DNA of 64,000 nucleotides from Candidatus Spongiihabitans sp. (GTDB lineage Bacteria; Pseudomonadota; Gammaproteobacteria; Arenicellales; Poriferihabitantaceae): NCBI GenBank assembly GCA_965261425.1, contig OZ253452.1, positions 2,275,892 to 2,339,891 of the forward strand, read 5' to 3'. Shown piece by piece: positions 58,330 to 64,000 of this stretch (position 1 is its first letter; each line of letters starts with the position of its first letter). The notes under the pieces were generated by a model. It saw only the letters and a program-made list of their open reading frames with translations, ran no database searches and was not told where the DNA came from. The position numbers and the translations under genes were made by a program.

Positions 58330-59109
58330 TTAGTTTGAGCGATTGTTTTCGATGGATGGTTTGGAAAAGGCTAAAGAACGATAATCGAATTCCTGTTCAA
58401 TGGTGGGTTTAATGACTTGGAAATAAGGTGAGACATCGAAATCACGCGGGGTGAATAAATTGTGATTTCGAATATGATAAATCTCTTTGATGCTGTAATA
58501 ATAAAGGGAAACTTCCGTGTGTTTTTCGATTGTGGGCAGAATCGGATAGGGGATGGATTGAAAGGATTCGGCAATCAAACTTGAGCAGATTGCTTTTGTG
58601 GGGTCCCCGCTACCGAGCATCATTCTACGCCCCTTTTCCTTGACTGGCTGGCTGTGGAGAAAATATCGTAACAAATCATAAACATGTTTAAGGTCATATT
58701 GTAAGCCCAAACTCTGTACCATGAAGTTGACGACTTTTTTGCGATCTTGATCGGACAATCCAATCGGACGGCAAATGCGGATATGGAAATTCCGGTATTT
58801 TGACAAGGGTGAGGCGATTACGCCGGCATTCAAATCTGCCTCAACCAAAGGTGATGCCTCACCAGATTCGGCGAATTGATTGGTTGCCGAGCCGGCATAG
58901 AAAGCCGCATGTGACCAAGTGGATTGAGTCAGGTATTTTATCATTCGGCTGATACGGGTGTTTCCTTCCACAAGCAAAATGTCGGCGGGTTGCAAAATCT
59001 CTTCCAATAACGGAATTTTATAAGTGATATAAGGCTCGTAGTTTGGAATCGGTTGGCTCAAATAGTGTGCCAGTTTTTTTCCGAGTTTTAATTTTAAGGT
59101 GTCGAACAT
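58330..59109 (-). CDS. YiiX/C92-type permuted papain-like (NlpC/P60 superfamily) hydrolase
   Basis: ADILLVEGNTRISRMIKYLTQSTWSHAAFY and the downstream AICSSLIAESF (putative Cys) fit the DUF830/peptidase C92 layout. Confidence 0.5.
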   Translation of the reverse strand: MFDTLKLKLGKKLAHYLSQPIPNYEPYITYKIPLLEEILQPADILLVEGNTRISRMIKYLTQSTWSHAAFYAGSATNQFAESGEASPLVEADLNAGVIASPLSKYRNFHIRICRPIGLSDQDRKKVVNFMVQSLGLQYDLKHVYDLLRYFLHSQPVKEKGRRMMLGSGDPTKAICSSLIAESFQSIPYPILPTIEKHTEVSLYYYSIKEIYHIRNHNLFTPRDFDVSPYFQVIKPTIEQEFDYRSLAFSKPSIENNRSN

Positions 59110-59187
59110 GCTTAAAGAATCAGATGTAGGAATTGGGCGGACAGGTTATTTCTGGTACGATTATTGATAGGTGGCGTGGCACTAGAC

Positions 59188-59307
59188 GAGACTGTGCAAG
59201 AAACCAACATCCGTCATTCCTGCGAAAGCAGGAATCCAGTAAAACAGCCAAACCCGCAAGGGTTTTCCACATGTAACGCGGCCTAGCGAGGGTTCTTGCA
59301 CAGTCTC
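59188..59307 (+). repeat. Complete 120-bp MITE (reference copy of the dispersed family)
   Basis: It has perfect 15-bp terminal inverted repeats, GAGACTGTGCAAGAA and TTCTTGCACAGTCTC. An internal hairpin, ATTCCTGC-GAAA-GCAGGAAT, is present. Confidence 0.85.
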
Positions 59308-59331
59308 GAAACGCGGGTAAGTTCATTGTCA

Positions 59332-60507
59332 TCAGGTCGTCTGTTTGTGATTGATGTTCAGTGTATTATAAGGGGAATGTGTGTTGACTAGGTCGATATA
59401 GTGTTGCACCCCAGATTGCTCATGCTGGACAAATTGTTCAATCGCCTGATTAAACGGGCTGTGTGCCATCCAATGCAAGGACTGTGTCCGCGTTGGCACA
59501 AATCCGCGAGGGATTTTGTGCTCCCCCTGTGCCCCCGGGTCAAATCGTTGCAAACCGCGTTTAATGCAAAACTCAATCCCCTGATAATAGCAGACCTCAA
59601 AGTGCAGACTGTCGATGTATTGTTGACATCCCCAATGTCGCCCATAAAGGGTCGTGTCATCATAATACATCAGTGCCGCTGCCACACAATGTTGTCCCTG
59701 CGCCGCCAACACCAATTGAATCTGCTCGGGCATGGCTTGTGCAATATCCATGAAAAATTGTTGGTTGAAGGCTGCCATGCCGTATTTTCGTTGATAGATT
59801 TTCTGATATAAAGCGGTGAAATCATGCCAGTCGCCTGCGCTGGCAGTCGTGCCATCGAGTCGGCGAATGATTATCCCGGCATCGGCAACCTTACGCCGTT
59901 CCTGCTTAATGTTCTTGCGTTTTTTGGATTTTAGCGTATTGAGGAAATCATCGAAGCAGGTATAGTCCTGATTATGCCAGTGAAACTGACAGTCGTTTCG
60001 TGACAGGGCGTGTTGTTGATGCAAAATGGCAACATCGTTGGTATCGGGAAAAAGACAATGCAAGCCGCTATATTTGCCCTCATTGACCAGCGTATTCGCC
60101 GCAGCAACCAATAAACCGGCTGTTTTGGTATCATTTTCACGGTTTAACAATATCCGCTGCCCACTGGCTGGCGTAAAAGGAATCGCATTAACCAACTTGG
60201 GATAGTATTCAACTCCATAGTGTTGATACGCATCCGCCCAAGCATGATCAAAAACGAACTCCCCCCACGAATTGTGTTTTTCATAAAGCGGCATCGCCGC
60301 CATGATTTGATTATCGTTGACACAAACCAGATGTCGGGGAATCCACCCTACACGCTCACCAACACAACCGCATTTTTCCAAAGCCATAAGAAAAGCATGT
60401 TGCAAAAAAGGATAGTTGCCCCGAATCAACGCATTCCACTGAGCAACAGGAATGTCCGCCATACTCGAATGGACATGAACATGAAGGGAATTGCATTCAG
60501 CAGACAT
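59332..60507 (-). CDS. DUF482 / FemAB-like GNAT-fold acyltransferase family protein
   Basis: The pattern WNALIRGNYPFLQHAFLMALEKCGCVGERVGWIPRHLV...LYGRHWG...FDPGAQGEHK is typical of COG3146/PF04339 proteins. Confidence 0.7.
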   Translation of the reverse strand: MSAECNSLHVHVHSSMADIPVAQWNALIRGNYPFLQHAFLMALEKCGCVGERVGWIPRHLVCVNDNQIMAAMPLYEKHNSWGEFVFDHAWADAYQHYGVEYYPKLVNAIPFTPASGQRILLNRENDTKTAGLLVAAANTLVNEGKYSGLHCLFPDTNDVAILHQQHALSRNDCQFHWHNQDYTCFDDFLNTLKSKKRKNIKQERRKVADAGIIIRRLDGTTASAGDWHDFTALYQKIYQRKYGMAAFNQQFFMDIAQAMPEQIQLVLAAQGQHCVAAALMYYDDTTLYGRHWGCQQYIDSLHFEVCYYQGIEFCIKRGLQRFDPGAQGEHKIPRGFVPTRTQSLHWMAHSPFNQAIEQFVQHEQSGVQHYIDLVNTHSPYNTLNINHKQTT

Positions 60508-60700
60508 ATCTGGATTATAACCAGCACAAGGTATAGTGAAACCTTTGCACGATAGTTCTTTTTGCTCGGTGTCAAAAGCACTCTCAATCGGTCATTGTAT
60601 AAGTATAAACCTCTCATGCCGTGTTTGTCATTCAGAACGCATGCCCAGAAAAAAGAAAACAAATTAAATGAAACCTTTGCATAATTGTCGGAAGTGTGGC

Positions 60701-60863
60701 AAGACTGTACAAAAATCCCGCGGCTCGAGAGCCTCGCCGAACGACTAGGTCGTGTTATATGTGGAAAACCCTTTCAGGTTTGTTTGTTTTACTGGATTCC
60801 TGCTCCCCGCCTGCGCGGGGACAGGCTTCGCAGGAATGACGGATGTTGGTTTTTACACGACCC
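60701..60863 (-). repeat. MITE copy in inverted orientation, with two internal insertions and degenerate termini
   Basis: Its reverse complement is collinear with 59188-59307. It carries an extra GC-rich hairpin, TCCCCGCCTGCGCGGGGA, in the loop and an extra CGTTCGGCGAGGCTCTCGAGCCGCG module. Confidence 0.75.
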
Positions 60864-60927
60864 ATAAAGTCCCACTTTGTTTGGGGAGTCATTCCCCGTC
60901 TCTATAGCCTTTTAAGAGAACAGTGAT

Positions 60928-62136
60928 ATGAGTAGCCTGAAACATATTCCGAACGGTATGCCAGTAACGCGCACCTTTTCCGACAGCGAATTCGAGAGAC
61001 GACTCTCAAAACTGCGTGCGTCAATGGAGGCTGAAGGCATCACCGCTATCTTGTTCACTTCAATCCACAACATCAATTATTACAGTGATTTTTTGTATTG
61101 TGCTTTCGGTCGTCCCTACGGGCTACTAGTCGATGCCGATAAATCGACTTCTATTTCCGCTAATATCGATGGTGGTCAGCCTTGGCGACGCACTTTCGGT
61201 GGTGAGAATATCGTCTATACAGATTGGCAGCGCGATAACTATCTTCGCGCCGTACAAAGAATCACGCCGAACAAGGGAATTATTGGTGTGGAGCATGATC
61301 ACATCAATTTGGAAAACATGGAAAAGTTGCGCGCTGCCCTACCAGACCATGAATTCAAAGATATTGGCAAATTGGTAATGCGTTTGCGTATGGTGAAATC
61401 CGATGAAGAGATTGAACACATTCGGCAGGGCGCGCAAGTTTGCGACATCGGCGCGGTGGCATTGGTAGAGGCGGTGCGCGATGGGATGCCGGAATATGAA
61501 GCGACCCTCGCTTCCACGGCTGCGATGGTGAGAGAGATTGCTAGACGCTTTCCACAGGCCGAATTAATGGATACTTGGACATGGTTTCAATCAGGCATCA
61601 ACACCGACGGCGCGCATAATCCGGTGACATCAAGGCGGGTGCAAAAGGGCGATATTTTGTCTCTCAATTGTTTTTCGATGATTGCTGGCTATTATACGGC
61701 ACTGGAGCGCACACTGTTTTTTGACCATGCTGATGCGGCGTCTCTTAAATTGTGGGAGATTAATGTTGAGGTACACGAGATCGGATTAGGGCTGATAAAA
61801 CCCGGAGTGCGTTGCTGCGACATCGCGCGGGAGCTGAATAAAATTTACCAAGCGCACGGACTTTTACAAAACCGTACTTTTGGCTACGGTCACTCTTTCG
61901 GTGTTTTATGCCACTATTATGGTCGCGAGAGCGGTTTGGAGTTGCGCGAGGATATTGAAACCGTTTTGCAGCCGAATATGGTGGTGTCTATGGAGCCGAT
62001 GATCATGATTCCAGAGGGCAAGCCCGGTGCAGGTGGTTACCGTGAGCATGATATTCTGGTGATTAACGAGGGGGGCGCGGAAAATATTACAGGGTTCCCG
62101 TACGGTCCAAAGCACAACATTATCTCGTCACGTTAA
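60928..62136 (+). CDS. Creatinase (creatine amidinohydrolase), M24 pita-bread fold
   Basis: It is near-collinear with my recollection of Pseudomonas putida creatinase: FTSIHNINYYSDFLYCAFGRPYGL, ISANIDGGQPWRR, DTWTWFQSGINTDGAHNPVT, FGYGHSFG and GAGGYREHDILV. Confidence 0.85.
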   Translation: MSSLKHIPNGMPVTRTFSDSEFERRLSKLRASMEAEGITAILFTSIHNINYYSDFLYCAFGRPYGLLVDADKSTSISANIDGGQPWRRTFGGENIVYTDWQRDNYLRAVQRITPNKGIIGVEHDHINLENMEKLRAALPDHEFKDIGKLVMRLRMVKSDEEIEHIRQGAQVCDIGAVALVEAVRDGMPEYEATLASTAAMVREIARRFPQAELMDTWTWFQSGINTDGAHNPVTSRRVQKGDILSLNCFSMIAGYYTALERTLFFDHADAASLKLWEINVEVHEIGLGLIKPGVRCCDIARELNKIYQAHGLLQNRTFGYGHSFGVLCHYYGRESGLELREDIETVLQPNMVVSMEPMIMIPEGKPGAGGYREHDILVINEGGAENITGFPYGPKHNIISSR

Positions 62137-62297
62137 TTCTGCCGATTAGGAAAACCTGACTATTTTGTCGCCGATGGTCTATTTTTAGTTCCATATTCTG
62201 GATGACGTTCTGTGATGCCCAAATAATACTTGATTGCGGGAAAATAAGAAGTGCCAGTGGTTGTCAAATGGACATGGTTTTGTGTTATTTTATAGTC

Positions 62298-64000
62298 ATG
62301 GAATTTAATCACTTTGTTGCTCACATCCCCAGCCCGCTTGCCGATGCTGTAGAAAATTATTGGCATCGTTTTGTCGCTGCGGTAGAGGCTTTGTCTGATG
62401 AGGAGCAGAAAAACAGCCCGAACAATAGTTTGCACACGGAAATACTTGAAGTTTGTTGTGCTCGCCCAGAATTGCGCGCAGTGTGGGCGGCAAGTGATTT
62501 TGTGGCGACTGCGTGTATCGGTACGCCGTTGCTGATATACGACCTCATTGTCAGTGGCGATCTGGATCAACCCTATGCGCCCCAAGTGCTTACCGAGCGA
62601 ATTGGCGCATCGCTCAAAGAGTGCGAGAACGAGGAGCAACTTCACACCGGGTTGCGAAAAATTCGACAACGAGAAATGGTGCGTATGGCATGGCGCGATC
62701 TTTGTGGTATGGCAGAGGTTGAAGAAACTATGGCATGTGTTTCGGAATTGGCGCAGAGTTGCATCAATCAGGCACTGGTTCACCATGACGTGTGGTTATC
62801 GAAACGCTATGGTCAGCCTCAGGATGAAAATGGGCAAGCGGCTAAAATGGTGGTTTTGGGATTGGGTAAATTAGGCGGTAACGAGCTTAATTATTCATCC
62901 GATATCGATTTGATTTTTGCTTACGACCGTGGCGGTGAAACCGTGCCGATTGATAACCACCCGCATACAAACAAGTCGGGGATTGACAATCAGGCGTACT
63001 TCATCAAGCTGGGTCAAAAAACTGTAACCGCGCTGGACCGCATCACTAAGGATGGATTTGTTTTTCGCACCGACATGCGGTTGCGTCCGAATGGCGATAG
63101 CGGGGCATTGGCATTATCGTTTTCGGCAATGGAGCATTATTATCAAACCCACGGTCGGAATTGGGAGCGTTACGCGCTGATTAAAGCCAAAGTGGTGGGA
63201 GGAGATGTCAAGGTAGGAGCGCAATTATTGTCTATGCTCAATCCTTTCATCTATCGAAAATATCTTGACTTTGGTGCTTTTGACTCGATTCGTGAGATGA
63301 AGGGCATGATTGAACGGGAACTAAAGAAAAAAGGGATTAAGCAAAATATCAAACTGGGTTGGGGCGGGATTCGGGAAATAGAATTTCTCGTGCAGAGTCA
63401 TCAACTGATTCGCGGTGGGAAGGAAAAAATGTTGCAAACTCAGTCGTTGTATCAGGCGATTACTTTTCTGGTAGAGATTGAGGTCATTGACCAGTGGGCA
63501 AAAAACCAACTGTTGGAGGGCTATCGGTTTTTACGCAATACCGAACATCGGTTGCAAATGGTGGCTGATCGGCAAACCCAGCAATTGCCTGAAACGGAGT
63601 TTGAACAGCATCGTCTCGCGTGGAGCATGGGGTTTGAAAACTGGTCTGCCTATGTCGAAAAATTGAATCAACATCGCACTAACATCGATATTCAATTCAA
63701 AATGATATTGGAGTCAAATGCCCAGCACTCCAATCCAACTGATATACAATCGCAGTTCATTGATGTATGGAGCGGGGCATTAGGTGAGCAGGAGGTGGTA
63801 AACATATTGCAGGATGCTGGTTTTAATCAGGCAACATCGACCCCCTTGCTATTGCGGGAATTTCGGGCAGGGCGGCTCTATCAGGCATTTTCTAGCATTG
63901 AGCGTGATCGAATTGATCAGCTGATGCCGCTGGCGTTACAACATGTTGCACAACATACCGGAGCAGAACGCGCCATAGCCGCCTTTGTTTCAGTTGTTGA
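62298..64000 (+). CDS. glnE: Bifunctional glutamine synthetase adenylyltransferase/adenylyl-removing enzyme, 5' part (continues beyond window)
   Basis: This ORF is not in the ORF track because it runs off the edge. Hand translation from ATG 62298 gives MEFNHFVAHIPSPLADAVENYWHRF... then KMVVLGLGKLGGNELNYSSDIDLIFAYD and FRTDMRLRPNGDSGALA, which are the GlnE nucleotidyltransferase motifs. Confidence 0.9.
   Translation, partial: MEFNHFVAHIPSPLADAVENYWHRFVAAVEALSDEEQKNSPNNSLHTEILEVCCARPELRAVWAASDFVATACIGTPLLIYDLIVSGDLDQPYAPQVLTERIGASLKECENEEQLHTGLRKIRQREMVRMAWRDLCGMAEVEETMACVSELAQSCINQALVHHDVWLSKRYGQPQDENGQAAKMVVLGLGKLGGNELNYSSDIDLIFAYDRGGETVPIDNHPHTNKSGIDNQAYFIKLGQKTVTALDRITKDGFVFRTDMRLRPNGDSGALALSFSAMEHYYQTHGRNWERYALIKAKVVGGDVKVGAQLLSMLNPFIYRKYLDFGAFDSIREMKGMIERELKKKGIKQNIKLGWGGIREIEFLVQSHQLIRGGKEKMLQTQSLYQAITFLVEIEVIDQWAKNQLLEGYRFLRNTEHRLQMVADRQTQQLPETEFEQHRLAWSMGFENWSAYVEKLNQHRTNIDIQFKMILESNAQHSNPTDIQSQFIDVWSGALGEQEVVNILQDAGFNQATSTPLLLREFRAGRLYQAFSSIERDRIDQLMPLALQHVAQHTGAERAIAAFVSVV

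Noticed and set aside
62160-62786. 208-aa minus-strand ORF
   Set aside because: It is antisense to the clearly recognisable glnE reading frame, which starts at 62298 and is missing from the track only because it runs off the window. It has no motifs of its own.

Overview
This is a chromosomal window with gammaproteobacterial-type gene order and mid-range GC by eye. All family calls rest on motif recognition in the supplied translations; no searches were run.

Core blocks:
- gyrA-pheA-tyrA-aroA-cmk (5.4-12.2 kb)
- rpsA-ihfB-lapA-glnS-sohB (28.5-33.8 kb)
- gamma-CA-like, metZ, HAD, HesB/IscA and mtaB, then ndk-rlmN-rodZ-hisS-yfgM-bamB-der (33.8-46.0 kb)
- creatinase and the 5' part of glnE (60.9-64.0 kb)

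Accessory or unusual content:
1. A translationally coupled operon at the left edge: ABC/SMC-like ATPase, AlbA_2-type protein, and a type III Res-like helicase-nuclease. No methyltransferase is in view.
2. A 16.1-kb segment splits the conserved cmk-rpsA junction and is bracketed by a perfect 395-bp direct repeat. It carries a secreted PI-PLC-like/ricin-lectin gene. That gene is itself split by a nested 5.66-kb insertion flanked by a 24-bp direct repeat. The segment also holds an amino-acid ABC transporter, a LacI-controlled sugar ABC transporter with an inositol-monophosphatase-family gene, an iolC relic, and an IS1634-family element with a 68-bp target duplication.
3. A roughly 35-nt junction repeat (..AAGTCAAAAGGGGACATTACTGCTTTGGGCTAACA) sits exactly at the right edge of both nested insertions and at a third site (48.78 kb).
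4. A repeat-rich zone at 46.0-48.8 kb holds an IS30 relic, tandem DUF1640-like coiled-coil paralogues (one with a nonsense codon, one expanded by 33/87-bp repeats) and heptanucleotide arrays.
5. An AorABC-type tungsten aldehyde:ferredoxin oxidoreductase cluster carries three consecutive coupled small ORFs ending in GG/GGG, an AT-rich HsdR_N-like orphan gene, and moaA.
6. There is IS debris at 55.8-58.3 kb, and a ~120-bp MITE family with GAGACTGTGCAAGAA termini occurs at five loci.

The best candidates for something undescribed are the junction-repeat insertions with variable-length duplications, the left-edge operon, the GG-terminated ORF trio, and the HsdR_N-like orphan.
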